Assembly (NCBI RefSeq): GCF_001194135.2
Contig: NC_069008.1
Location: 17,551,128 to 17,615,127 of the forward strand
Origin: Octopus bimaculoides
Taxonomy: Eukaryota
Direction of reading: 5' to 3'
DNA: 64,000 nt
Position 1 is the stretch's first letter. Each line of letters opens with the position of its first letter. Of the stretch, positions 54,744-64,000 are shown piece after piece. The notes beneath the pieces are model-generated. The model was not told the origin of the DNA. It was given only the letters and a program-made list of their open reading frames with translations, and made no database searches. A program made the translations under genes and the position numbers.

Positions 54744-55009
54744 TAGGTGTGTGTATGTCTATACGTAATTGTGCATACATCTGCATATATTATTTAACTC
54801 ATTTACTTGTTTCAGTCATTTGACTGTGGCCATGCTGGAGCACCGCCTTCAATCAAACAAATTGCCCCCCAGGATTTATTGTCTGTAAACCCAGTACTTA
54901 TTCTATCGGTCTCTTGCTGAACTGCTAAGTTATAGGGACGTAAACACACCAACATCGGTTATCAAGTGATGGTGGGGGAACAAACACAGACACACAAACA
55001 CACACACAC

Positions 55010-55056
<47 letters not shown>

Positions 55057-55305
55057 GGGATTCTTTCAGTTTCCATATATTAATACCACTACAACCAGTT
55101 GAAAACGAGGCTTAGAAATGGTATTTAAACATGGCTGTCTGCTGACCAGGGAAGTCCAGGACTAAAGCTACACCTGACGGATACTGTAGTCTTGTCCTTA
55201 GAAGAGCAAAGCCTATTTATGGTCAATCTCTAGAGTGTCCTCTATTAACGAAATTGAAAATTGCTATACTCTTACACCCACATTTATTGTTCACAACGAG
55301 AGAAT

Positions 55306-55342
<37 letters not shown>

Positions 55343-55948
55343 GGAGAGCGAGAGAGAGAGAGAGAGAAATATAGGTATATTAAATACCATACAACATAAA
55401 TTCTTCATTTGTTAGAATTATCTCCCCCTTTACAGAATGTATCATAATGACCAATTGGCAAGGAAGAAGAGCTCCACTTGAGAAGGGGAGACAATCCCAA
55501 GACTGAAGGATTTCTCCAAACATGACTTGCCATGAAAGAAAAGAACAGGGACATGTTTCTGGCTCTCTAGAGGTGGAGGTAATTTAAGTAAATAAAGAAA
55601 TTTATGTCACATGGTATCTGCTATACTTGTATTTGTTTAATTTGTTTGAAATACATGCCATTGGCCAATTTGAATTATTTCTCTTGGCTCAGCTTTTTTT
55701 TTTGTTTTGTTTTAAATCATTCAATAAAAACTAAAAAAAAAAAAAATCTATTAATTAACGATGCCAGTTAGAATAGTAACGAGTCAAAGGATCGTTAGTG
55801 AGGTTAACAGCATGTCATAACACATTTCTAAAAATTTTATTATTAATTTAATTAAACATTCGTAATTTTAATCTACAAACTGACAATGCAATCTACATCA
55901 TGGCAGGGAAAACTTGCTACTGTTAAATGCTTTATGTGGCAAACAACG

Positions 55949-55984
<36 letters not shown>

Positions 55985-56957
55985 TCTACTAAAGGCACAA
56001 GGCCTGAAATTTGAGGGGAAATTTGCAACTGGTACTTATTTTATCAACCCTCAAAGGATGAAAGGAAAAGTCAACCTTGGTGGAATTTGAACTCAATGTA
56101 TAAAGAGGGACGAAATGCTGCTATGCATTTAATAGTAATAGCCTGAAAGATTAAGAGATTGTGGAGGACTACGATGACAATTATTGCTGAGGTAATTGGT
56201 ACATTTGGCACAACATTCAAAATTCTTCCTAAAAGGCTGAAAGAAACTGGAATTGAAATTTGCATTTGCAGCCTCTGTCAAAGTACCGTCCGATATTTTT
56301 CAAGAATCTTCAGAAAGATTCTTGAGATTTGAGGAGACGTGTTGTCACAAAGCATCAAGATAACTTTGCTTACGGATGTATTTACTCTTTCGAAACAGCT
56401 GTCAAGAAACGTTTACATATCATATGTAAAATTCACTCTTTTCTACTTTTAACTGTTCTAAGTCTCTTCGCTTACATTTTAACTGATTCTCCTTATACAT
56501 ACCAGTTAATTCCATCAATATTTATTGCATTGTAATAATTCATTTGTGTTTGATGACATGTTGAACAATATAACTGACCCCTTAAATACTGTAGGTATAC
56601 TTTTATGCTTATACCTAAAGAGTTTGTGTGTATGTAAGCATTATATATATATAAAAGTTACATACATAATAGAGTAGAAATTACTGAAAGTATTGTTTGC
56701 AAAGTTATCATATAACAAAACAGGACATTTGGAAATGAAACGTGTGTAATGGTGAATAAATAATACCAAAATAATTTTCCAACTTCTTGTTTTGTTATAT
56801 ACATATATACGAGCCACAGAGGTTGTCTTTGAGACCATAGTGGGTTACTTCCTGGCAAGTAGGGATCCACCCGAACCAAAATGATGCAGTCAACACTTCT
56901 TCACCGAAGAAAGGAATACTTGGAAACAAGGAGGAACCACCACCAACGATATATACA

Positions 56958-56998
<41 letters not shown>

Positions 56999-57008
56999 NN
57001 NNNNNNNN

Positions 57009-57042
<34 letters not shown>

Positions 57043-58784
57043 CACACATGTATATATAATCTAAGCACGCATAATTGTGGGTATGTGTAAATAAATGTAT
57101 GTACATCTGTCTGTCTCTTTCTCTCTTTCTGTATATAAAAATCAATATGTATAGACATTTGTGTGTGTATAAATATACATTTATGCACATCTGTCTGTCT
57201 GTATGTGTATGCATAGATGTGTGGGTATGTATATATACAATATGTAACGATATATAGACATATATATATACACACACGCACATAAATACATTGGACCAAC
57301 AAGACAACCACTACAAGACACCAGAAAGGTATGGAAGAAAGAAGGAAAGACCCCTCCCCCCACAAATCATATATACAAACATATCTACATATATATATAT
57401 ATACTCACACACATATCTATATATATGTGTGTGCGTCCATGTGAGTATGCATATATAACTGTACACATCTATACACTTAATCAACGAGAAATGAAAATTG
57501 GCCCTTATTCGATCACTTACCTTAGCGGAATCCTTTAAACTACCCATAGCGGGATCAGACACATTTTTGCCAGAAGCGTTTTTCGTGGCGCTAATAAGAT
57601 CAGCGAGGGCAGAGGCGACATCTTTGACGGCATTTATCAACAAAACCTACACAGAAAAAACAGAACAAAGGGAGAGAAATCAAAAGGGATTTATGACGAA
57701 ATTCTTTCATAATTAGTGTAGAATATTGACTTTATCAACCCAGCTGTTTTATCTAGGCAGAAGTGGTAAGAAACTCTTAAGAGCAGATCTCCAGAGAAGA
57801 AACCTGACTCTTGGCCCTTAACCTCTTACACGTTGACTCAGCTTTGAAACAGAGTCAACAGAGAAGAGTCAAAATATAACATTACATTATGACCATCCTT
57901 GTCATCATTGCAGTTTTAACATTCACTTCTCTATGCTTGCATGGCTCAGATGGAAATTCATCGAGGCAGATTTTCTATAGCCTGACATGTTTTCATGGAG
58001 GATTGGAAACAAAGAATACCGCTTGTAGGATGGTGACTCTTGTTTTCCAACCGCCATGCAATGTCAAGACAAGAAGGCAGAAGGCACAAGACTCCAACAG
58101 ATCTATTTATAAAAATAGGGCACTCCAACACCACTGATGGATGTTATCTTATGAAAATACAACACTCCAATACCACTCGTACATGATACATTATAAACAA
58201 TACACCAAAGCAGAAAGAGAGGCAGAGAGAGAGAGAGACACACAGAGTCAGTACTCCACATTATAAAAGTACACCACTCCAATACCACTCCTGCACTCCA
58301 CAGTGAAAACACTTCAACCCAAGAAAAGAGGGAGAGAGAGTGAGAAAGAGTGAAAGACAGAAAGAAAGAGTGTCAGACAGAGAGAAACACACAGACAGAC
58401 ACAGCACTCCAACACTCCACATTATAAAAGTACGCCACTCCAACAGCAGACATTCAACCAACAGAAAACTATTTAAAAAAACACCAAAATTAAATAAGAA
58501 TAAATTATGAAACAATAAAAACAAAAATGGATGCAAGAAGGGTGTCGGCTGTTGTTGACTGACCTGTGCTTCTGGTTGGTCAGATCCGAGGGAGGCGGCC
58601 CCTAATTTCACAACATCTGATAACTGTGTTATGGTTTTGACGGCCATCTGGGCTGCATTGGCCAACTGTTCTTGATTGGAGGCAGCTCCAGCGACTAAGA
58701 GTTTGGTGTCATCAACCAGGGCCTTTGCTGTCTTTAAGATGTTCTCTCTGGATTGGATGGGAGATGAGAGAGTGAGTAACTCGC

Positions 58785-58815
<31 letters not shown>

Positions 58816-59144
58816 GAGAGAGAGATGGACAAATAAGGGGTGTGAGACACAGAGAGACTGATAGACAGATATACATAAGTGGGAGGACGGATGGATAGAT
58901 GGATGGACAAATGGACGGACAGATGATTGGATATACAGATGGATGATGGATAAAGGGATAGATGGACGGATGGGTAGATAGATAGATGGGTTGAAGGATG
59001 GACAGATGGAAGGATGGATAGGAGGGTGGATAGATAGGTAGGTAGGTGGTGGGTGGGTGAACAAATGGACGGACAGATGGCCAGATACATAGACAGAGGC
59101 ATACACTGAGAAACAGAAAGAGAGAGACAGACAAATGAACAGAG

Positions 59145-59176
<32 letters not shown>

Positions 59177-59364
59177 TGACAAAGCAGAAGGCACACACAC
59201 AAATAACAATAATAATAATAATAATGGTTTCAAATTTTGCCACAAGGGCAGCAATTTGCAGGGATGAGGTTAAGTCGATTACATTGACCCCAGTGCATAA
59301 CTGGTACTTATTTTATTGAGCTCGAAAGGATGAAAGGCAAAGTCGACCTCGGCAATGCTAATCC

Positions 59365-59403
<39 letters not shown>

Positions 59404-59411
59404 TAATAATG

Positions 59412-59447
<36 letters not shown>

Positions 59448-61400
59448 GTGATAAAAGTGATAAAGGTGACGACGTACTTGTGATCTGTGAAGTTCTCTTC
59501 GTCCTCTGTATTCAGGGTTCCAGCCGTTGCAAACATTATTGTGGTGTTGAGGTCTCCAATTATGCCACTTACAGTGCTGGCAGCATTGATACAAGCCTGG
59601 GTACCTCGAGACCCAGATTGTAGAGATGCCAGAACATAAGAAGCCTGGAAACAGAAGAAAAAGGGAGAGAGACGTTTAGTGTAAGGGTTACGACAGATGT
59701 AAGGGGTTTAGTGTCGGGGTTTATGTTGGATGTGTAGTGTGGTTTAGTGACAGGTGGTGGCATGGAAGAGGGCAGCCATGTGGTGCAGTGCAGTGCAGTA
59801 CATGTGGTGCTGTGTAGGAAATCCACATGTGGTGCCATGTAGACATATGTGATGCTGTGTAGGACAGTCACATGTGGCGTGGTAGATGGCAACCACATGT
59901 GATGCTGCCAAATGCAGCACTGTATAGGACAGCTACATGAGGTGTAGTGCAGTCACGTGGTGCTGTGTTGGACAGCTGTGATGCAGCACAGGGCTGTCAC
60001 ATGTGAATTGGTGTAGGGCAACCACATGTGGCTTGGTGTCGGGTAGCCACATGTGATGCAGTGTAGGGCAGATGCATGTGGTGCAATGCAAAACAGATGC
60101 ATGCAATGCAGCCACACATGTGGCTGCAAGAGAGTAACAGGTGGTGTAGGACAGTCACATGTGGTAGTGTGGTGTCATGTCACACAATGTTTACACCCTG
60201 CACAGACCCACATACACATAAGCATTCAGCAAGTTACAGACGAACACACGAAGACCCCCACCTCTAACACCTCCACCAACAAACACCTGCCTCTCGACCC
60301 CCACAGTGCCCCCTCTACCACATCATGCTCACACCAAGACCGTGCCACAGGTCCACCTGCTTTGCCCAGCCCAACATACATACAATCCATACACAAGTCC
60401 AAATCTCGGCTCACCTTTTCAGTAACCTCTTTCACGTGTGCATTCAAGTCCCGCTTACAGAACTCGTCCGAAGGGTTCGACTGCATGCTTCCCGCGTCTT
60501 GTGCCAGGGATATACAGCTCTTGCCCAGTTCAATCACTGATGTCTTGATACGGTTGGTCACCTGAAATTTAAAAGATCAACATGGGAGACAATGGACAAA
60601 CAGACAGACAGACAGACTGATACTGGGTCAATGAGAGCTAAACATATTTTTATTTTAGCCTCAGATGAGGTCAACACAAGGGTGGATGAGGGACCGGAAT
60701 GGGTTACCTTACCTCAGGGCTGTTAGCAGTCATGCATGCACCGCGAGAGTTGCTTGCTAGCTGACGATAATCTCTGGTCAGTTTATTGGCCAAAGCCCCA
60801 AGTTCTGATATGTTGGTTTCATTCTTTCCGAGCTGCAAAGAAACCAAAAGAAAAACAAACAAGTTAAAATCAGGAAATATCATCATCATCTTATTATGAA
60901 AACCATCACCGTTTTCCCCACCACCATTATTTCCACCATCATCATCATCATCATCTCTATTGTAATCACGGAAACCATCGTTGTTTTCCTCATCATCATC
61001 TCCATCATCATAATCATCAGTACCATTGTCGTCTCCAATGCCATTATCTCTGCCACAATCATCTCCACACCCATTGGTCAACAACAGCAATAGTTGTCTT
61101 GATCAGAGATGGCCACAAGAAGGCAGAACGGTCAGCACAGTGGACAAAATGCTTAAAAGCATTTCGTCTGCCTTTAAGTTCTGAGTTCAAATTCCGCTGG
61201 AGTCGATTTTGCTTTTTATCTTTTTGAGAGACAAATGAAATGAAATGACAGAATAAAAAGATGGACCAAGAAAGAGACTTTAGATGGAGGGGGGAGAGAG
61301 AGACAGGCTTTAGATGGGAGGAACAGAGACTTTAGATGGAGAGAGAGACTTCAGATGGAGAGAGAGAGAGACTTCAGATGGAGAGAGAGAGAGAGAGAGG

Positions 61401-61436
<36 letters not shown>

Positions 61437-61797
61437 CTTTTATGGAGAGAGAGAGAGAGAGAGAGACTTTAGCTGGAGAGAGAGAGGGAGGCTTTAGCTG
61501 GAGAGAGAGAGGGAGGCTTTAGCTGGAGAGAGAAGGAGGCTTTAGCTGGAGAGAGAGAGAGACTTTAGATGGAGAGAGAAAGAGACTTTAGATGGAGAGA
61601 GAAAGAGAGGGGGAGAGAGACATGAGAGAGCTACACATCAAAGTGAAAGTCATAAAAACAAGAAAAGAGAGGAGAAAGTGTTGTTGAAATCTTACCATAT
61701 CTTGAGCTGAGCTGGCAATTTGTCGAGCGAGACGTACCATACTGGTTTGATAATCTACATAGGATTTGCCATCAGTTACATCTAGGTTGAGATCAGT
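5690..61797 (-). CDS. TLN1: Talin, C-terminal part (rod R10-R13 plus start of dimerisation helix); multi-exon gene model, partial at both ends
   Basis: 15 exons with GT-AG boundaries join in one frame (1911 nt). The translation follows the recognisable talin rod sequence, e.g. [94 protein letters not shown]. The symbol marks the talin family; invertebrates usually have one talin. Confidence 0.97.
5790..6045 (-). mobile_element. SINE family B copy (others: 7970-8063 +, 12565-12935 -, 15420-15640 -, 20518-20615 -, 26130-26210 +, 30640-30770 -, 54805-55070 -, 61960-62480 -)
   Basis: Head ggctgtgtggtaag...ggttcagtcccactg (tRNA-like), core ccttgggcaagtgtcttctactatagcc, tail ggtgctccagcatggccacagtcaaatgactgaaac. 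Confidence 0.8.
6858..7040 (-). CDS. TLN1: Talin exon ([61 protein letters not shown]), R13
   Basis: 183 nt; tctttttttgcag / gttcgt; phase 0/0. Confidence 0.96.
7666..7734 (-). CDS. TLN1: Talin exon ([23 protein letters not shown]), I/LWEQ domain
   Basis: 69 nt; ttcattcttccctag / gtaagt; phase 0/0; conserved [11 protein letters not shown]. Confidence 0.96.
8283..8408 (-). CDS. TLN1: Talin exon ([42 protein letters not shown]), I/LWEQ block
   Basis: 126 nt; ttctacttccag / gtaac; phase 0/0; absent from the ORF track. Confidence 0.96.
8960..9150 (+). mobile_element. SINE family C copy (others: 22585-22672 -, 26400-26635 +, 29430-29590 -, 35200-35560 +, 53695-53820 -, 62550-62860 -, 63715-63905 -)
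   Basis: Core ggttggcgttaggaagggcatccagctgtagaaac and tail caacccatgc(t/c)agcatgga followed by (GAT)n/(GAC)n. Confidence 0.8.
10654..10778 (-). CDS. TLN1: Talin exon ([42 protein letters not shown]), start of R13
   Basis: 125 nt; aattaaacag / gtaagt; phase 1/0; mostly missed by the ORF track. Confidence 0.95.
11305..11890 (+). mobile_element. Near full-length tRNA-derived SINE (family D) with a tandemly duplicated 3' end; related heads at about 9600-9765 -, 19760-19900 +, 23845-24290 +, 34100-34480 +, 44180-44350 -
   Basis: A box tggcccagtgg, B box ggtttcaattcc; core resembling gtgtccttgagcaagacactt; tail segment repeated at 11618-11749 and 11756-11888. Confidence 0.7.
12096..12112 (-). CDS. 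Candidate 17-nt talin microexon (TVGRH)
   Basis: tgcatttgtgtttttcttcttttacag|TACAGTGGGGAGACATG|gtaagt; near-consensus sites; phase 2/1 restores the frame after the 58/73-nt candidate. Confidence 0.5.
13440..14700. repeat. Old degenerate tandem array built on a (c)tgtgaaat(g/t)tatgcag motif
   Basis: The motif recurs more than a dozen times at irregular spacing. Confidence 0.7.
16650..17280. repeat. Degenerate purine-rich array of (a/g)gaatg(c/g)t / cacaagaa motifs
   Basis: Repeated aagaatgct, aggaatgc and cacaagaa words. Confidence 0.6.
17355..17583. mobile_element. hAT/Charlie-like MITE; related copies at 22496-22860 and about 12350-13015
   Basis: Imperfect TIRs CAGTGGTCCTCAAC ... GTTGAGACCCTCTG; shared internal ggggcccatagg/ctatggacccc; no clean 8-bp TSD seen. 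Confidence 0.6.
17715..19325 (-). mobile_element. SINE family A cluster (about 17715-17920, 17945-18160, 18565-18785, 19100-19325)
   Basis: Same core as above, separated by (AAT)n tracts. Confidence 0.85.
18862..19070 (+). mobile_element. 3' end of an R4/Dong-like (RLE) non-LTR retrotransposon; related fragments at about 2000-2170 +, 37082-37280 +, 56145-56345 +
   Basis: [19 protein letters not shown] here and [19 protein letters not shown] at 37.1 kb, the typical C-terminus of RLE-type ORFs, followed by a short 3' UTR and (AAC/AAT)n; clade call is from memory. Confidence 0.65.
20900..21325 (-). mobile_element. Two degenerate SINE family A copies
   Basis: ggatttgaactcaaaac and ggaatttgaactagg cores with an (AAT)n spacer. 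Confidence 0.7.
21894..22086. repeat. 193-bp near-perfect palindrome (91-bp arms) abutting an N gap
   Basis: 21894-21984 is the reverse complement of 21996-22086; this explains the mirror-image ORFs in the track. Confidence 0.92.
24907..24979 (-). CDS. Candidate talin cassette exon, 58 nt (acceptor at 24964) or 73 nt (acceptor at 24979): [GLYTT][20 protein letters not shown]
   Basis: Donor gtaagg at 24906-24901; both acceptor choices give 3n+1 lengths, are open in the talin frame and end in phase 2. Confidence 0.4.
26660..26995 (-). mobile_element. Highly degenerate R4/Dong-like LINE 3' fragment (RLE region)
   Basis: Remnants [34 protein letters not shown] and a gatcttgagatttgaagagac end shared with the 56.3-kb copy. 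Confidence 0.5.
26789..26827. repeat. 39-bp palindrome (19-bp arms, 1-nt spacer)
   Basis: aatgctaccttaaaggggt c acccctttaaggtagcatt. Confidence 0.95.
31323..31346 (-). CDS. Candidate 24-nt talin cassette microexon (AYYIQDNE)
   Basis: gtttttcgtttttacag|CTTACTATATCCAAGATAACGAAG|gtttgt; symmetrical phase 1/1 and open in the talin frame; no transcript evidence. Confidence 0.45.
34510..34920. repeat. Compound (TA/TG/TATG)n microsatellite, representative of dozens in the window
   Basis: Direct inspection; source of the spurious Y/I/C/V/H/T-rich ORFs. Confidence 0.95.
35008..35113 (-). CDS. TLN1: Talin exon ([36 protein letters not shown]), end of R12
   Basis: 106 nt; ttcattacag / gtgata; phase 0/1. 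Confidence 0.93.
35769..35873 (-). CDS. TLN1: Talin exon ([35 protein letters not shown]), R12
   Basis: 105 nt, absent from the ORF track; tctcttctag / gtaagt; phase 0/0; occupies the position of vertebrate AAYHPEV...CANGYLELLDHV. Confidence 0.9.
36457..36642 (-). CDS. TLN1: Talin exon ([62 protein letters not shown]), R12
   Basis: 186 nt; tcttctccag / gtaag; phase 0/0. Confidence 0.95.
36712..36945 (-). mobile_element. SINE family A copy with the same variant tail as the copy at 535-745
   Basis: tttctttattgccc...ggctaaacatagaggggacaaacaagg shared with about 538-585. Confidence 0.85.
37332..37448 (-). CDS. TLN1: Talin exon ([39 protein letters not shown]), end of R11
   Basis: 117 nt; ttcttcttacag / gtatg; phase 0/0. 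Confidence 0.96.
44623..44863. mobile_element. Foldback/MITE-like element with long imperfect inverted arms
   Basis: aagcttaaagcttatggc/gccataagctttaagct, aaaatagtcta/tagactatttt and ataagccctcgaca/tgtcgagggcttat pair in nested order around a spacer of about 45 bp. Confidence 0.7.
46195..46945 (-). mobile_element. Four head-to-tail SINE family A copies
   Basis: gatttgaactcaga / gaatttgaactcaga core near 46253, 46427, 46637 and 46860. Confidence 0.85.
48017..48200. mobile_element. Hairpin MITE family, copy 1 (copy 2 at 53324-53470)
   Basis: Shared left end gagct.c.a.tagtttcatgc...ggcagatt...aacat...tgtctccaa; nested inverted repeats tgtctccaagcaat/attgcttggagaca. Confidence 0.55.
51410..51690. 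repeat. 51-bp minisatellite, about 5.5 copies
   Basis: Unit cagatggagtggagctttaatggagtaaggctcaaggtggagcctagactc starting at 51421, 51472, 51523, 51574 and 51625. Confidence 0.92.
51980..52484. repeat. About 107-bp tandem array, 5 copies, with degenerate relatives at 50250-50740, 14700-14900, 7810-7850 and 29220-29260
   Basis: tagaaatagc anchor at 51980, 52087, 52194, 52299 and 52406. Confidence 0.92.
53324..53470. mobile_element. Hairpin MITE family, copy 2
   Basis: tagtttcatgc/gcatgaaacta and ggcagatttatataa/ttatataaatctgcc inverted pairs. Confidence 0.55.
53564..53675. mobile_element. Tc1/mariner-type MITE, 112 bp
   Basis: TIRs CAGGGTGATTCAAAA / TTTTAAATCACCCTG flanked by TA on both sides. 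Confidence 0.75.
55980..56125 (-). mobile_element. SINE family A copy (internally deleted)
   Basis: Tail ctttctactaaaggcacaaggcctgaaa plus core ggaatttgaactc. Confidence 0.75.
57521..57646 (-). CDS. TLN1: Talin exon ([42 protein letters not shown]), R11
   Basis: 126 nt; tgtgtag / gtaag; phase 0/0. Confidence 0.95.
58564..58747 (-). CDS. TLN1: Talin exon ([62 protein letters not shown]), R11
   Basis: 184 nt; ccaatccag / gtcag; phase 2/0 complements the previous exon. Confidence 0.95.
59225..59358 (-). mobile_element. 5'-truncated SINE family A copy
   Basis: Tail half only, ending at aagtcgacctcggc, followed by a long (AAT)n. Confidence 0.75.
59478..59644 (-). CDS. TLN1: Talin exon ([55 protein letters not shown]), R10/R11 boundary
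   Basis: 167 nt; tttccag / gtacg; phase 0/2; highly conserved RGTQAC...[12 protein letters not shown]. Confidence 0.95.
59700..60200. repeat. Degenerate array of cacatgtg(g/a)tgc...gtgtaggacag units
   Basis: cacatgtg recurs about 10 times with tgtagg(a/g)ca spacers. Confidence 0.7.
60415..60561 (-). CDS. TLN1: Talin exon ([49 protein letters not shown]), R10
   Basis: 147 nt; aaatttcag / gtgag; phase 0/0. Confidence 0.93.
60713..60832 (-). CDS. TLN1: Talin exon ([40 protein letters not shown]), R10
   Basis: 120 nt; ctttgcag / gtaag; phase 0/0; resembles ELGPLANQLTSDYGRLA. Confidence 0.93.
61105..61225 (+). mobile_element. SINE family A head, the only plus-oriented copy seen
   Basis: ggcagaacggtcagcac...gttctgagttcaaattccgc. 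Confidence 0.7.
61270..61620. repeat. Compound repeat: (gac/ggc)ttt(a)g(a/c)tggag units separated by variable (AG)n
   Basis: More than 10 copies of ctt(t/c)ag(a/c)tggag visible. Confidence 0.85.
61696..61797 (-). CDS. TLN1: Talin exon ([34 protein letters not shown]), start of R10
   Basis: 102 nt; acceptor ttcttctcaacag, donor gtaag; phase 0/0; resembles vertebrate GSFVDYQTTMVRTAKAIA. Confidence 0.93.
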
Positions 61798-61850
61798 CTG
61801 TTGAGAAGAACACAAGACAGAGTTACAAAAAGAGCAGCAGCAGCAGCAGA

Positions 61851-61889
<39 letters not shown>

Positions 61890-62911
61890 TCTAGTAGAAG
61901 TTGTCTTGACACCTTGGTCAATCGTGACCAACCTGCCTTTCTAGCATATGTATTTTGTCTTATTTATTTCAATCATTGGACCGTGGCCATGCTGTGGCAC
62001 CATTTTGAAGAATTCTTAGTTGACCCTTGTACCTTTTTTTAAAGCTTGGTATGTACTCTATTTGACTCTTTTGCTGAACCGCAAAGTTATAGAGATGTAA
62101 ACAAACCAACACCGGTTGTGAAAAGATGGTGGAGGACAAAACGCAAAGACATACACATACTTATTTCTATGATGGGCTTCTTTCAGTTTCCAGCTAACAA
62201 ATCCACTCACAAGGCTTTGGTTGGCCCGAAGGTATAGTAGAAGACACTTGCCCAAGGTGCCACGCAGTGGGACTGAACCCAGAACCATGTGGTTGGGATG
62301 CAAACATCTTACAAACACAGCCACTATACATATATATTCTTTCATTTGTTTCAGTCATTTAACTGTGGCCATGCTGGAGCACCACCTTCAGTCGAACAAA
62401 TCAACCCCAGGATATTCTTTGTAAGCCTAGTACTTACTCTATTGGTTTCTCTTGCCAAACTGCTAAGTTACAGGGACATAAACACACAGACAGGTAAGAT
62501 GCTACATACATAGCTAATGTGCGTGTGTGAAGGAGACATCATCGTTTAGTGACCATCTTCCAAACTGGCATGGGTTGGATGGTTTGACAGGAGCTGGCAA
62601 CCCAGATGACTGCATCAGGCCCCAAAATCCATTTTGGAAAGGTTTCTATAGCCAGATGCCCTTCCTAATGCCAACAGTTTTACAGACTGAACTGCATGCT
62701 TTCTACGTGGCACCAGCAAGGTCTGCTTTGGCATGGTTCTTATAGCTGGATGACCTTCATTTGAATGGTTTCTTTGGCTGGATGCTCTTCCTAACACCAA
62801 CCACTTTACAGAGTGTACTGGGTGCTTTTTATGTGGCACCAGCACTAGTGAGGTTACCAAGTAACTTGCAAGACAAAGACCCTTAAAGAGAGAGAGAGAG
62901 AGAGAGAGAGA

Positions 62912-62974
<63 letters not shown>

Positions 62975-63474
62975 GAAGATTAATACAGTCAATATTCAAG
63001 ATTTCTTCCCTGAAAGATGACACATGACAAAAAAATTAAAAAGTTATAGAGTGATTCACCAGTCTTGAACAAAGAAATATACTCTTATGTGAGTATTGAG
63101 TATATTTTTCCACTGTTTGTTTACCCCAGCATACATATATTTATGTGTATATATATGTAAGTAGACAGAGAGAAAGATAGATAGATAAACAGAGAAAAAA
63201 GAAATAAAGAGACGGAGGAAGTGAAGGAGAAATAGTGCAAGAGAAAGATATTTGGAGAGCATGCAAATCCAACAGAGAAACAGGTAAATAAAGAAATCTA
63301 TACTAAGAGAGGATACACAGCCAGCTAGATGGAGAGGTAGATAGACCACTAGATATACAGGTAGAGAAATCGGTAGATAGATAGATACATATGCAAGATG
63401 ATGGATACAGAGATAGGTAGGGAGGGAGACAGAGGGGAAAAAAAAACAGATACGTAAAGGAACAGAAGTCAACA

Positions 63475-63520
<46 letters not shown>

Positions 63521-64000
63521 GTATATGTCGTTGCTATTATGTTAAAGTGTCGTATGTCCAAATTTGACCAAATGCGTTTTTTTCCAATATTTATTTTTAT
63601 TTGCAATAACTGGTTCTTTTGGTCAAACTATCGTATCTCCAGCTGCTTCAGATGCCAAGATATCAAAAATTGCCAAAGTGTAGAAGAACAGTTTTGCTAT
63701 GGAATCATCATCATTGTTTAAACATCTGCTTTCCATGCTGGCATGGGTAGAACCGTTAGACCGAGGACTGGCAAGCCAGGGGGCTGCACCAGGTTCCAGT
63801 CAGATCTGGCAAGGCTTCTACATCTGGATGCCCTTCCTAACACCAACTACTCCAAGAGTGTAGTGGGTGCTTCTTACATGCCACTGGCACAGGAGCCCGT
63901 CAGAGGGCACGGTGAAATATTTTTTTCATTTTCTGAAAAAGTAACAATTTGGACTTATGTTACTTTGCATAAAAGCAACAGAAATATATATATATATATA

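Noticed and set aside
2584-63518. Dozens of ORFs rich in YI/CV/HT/SL/RE/poly-I/poly-N/poly-D
   Set aside because: They are translations of (TA)n, (TG)n, (GA)n, (AAT)n and (GAT)n microsatellites.
63600-63700. Possible upstream talin exon (LASEAAG-like on the minus strand)
   Set aside because: In-frame stop, no suitable splice sites and no real match to the expected R9/R10 sequence; the previous exon is probably beyond the window.

Overview
Eukaryotic draft-assembly window with many N gaps, about a third GC, and saturated with (TA)n/(CA)n/(GA)n/(AAT)n microsatellites and tRNA-derived SINEs. This repeat landscape looks like an octopus/coleoid cephalopod genome (inference). The window holds the 3' part of one gene on the minus strand: talin. 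I resolved 15 GT-AG exons by hand (61797 down to 5690; 1911 nt, 637 codons) that splice in frame and encode rod bundles R10-R13 (including the I/LWEQ/THATCH actin-binding site) and the start of the dimerisation helix. One internal exon and the stop codon fall in N gaps. The exons sit in three tight blocks separated by introns of about 20 kb and 24 kb. The most interesting observation lies in the 24-kb intron at the R12-R13 linker: three small exon candidates (24 nt, 58 or 73 nt, 17 nt) whose phases add up to an open in-frame insertion ([33 protein letters not shown]). Reading through their donors would instead give talin forms lacking R13 and the dimerisation helix. Almost all ORFs in the supplied track are artefacts of microsatellites or N runs. 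The rest of the window is SINEs (at least 4 families), degenerate RTE- and R4/Dong-like LINE fragments, MITE/foldback elements, palindromes and minisatellites.
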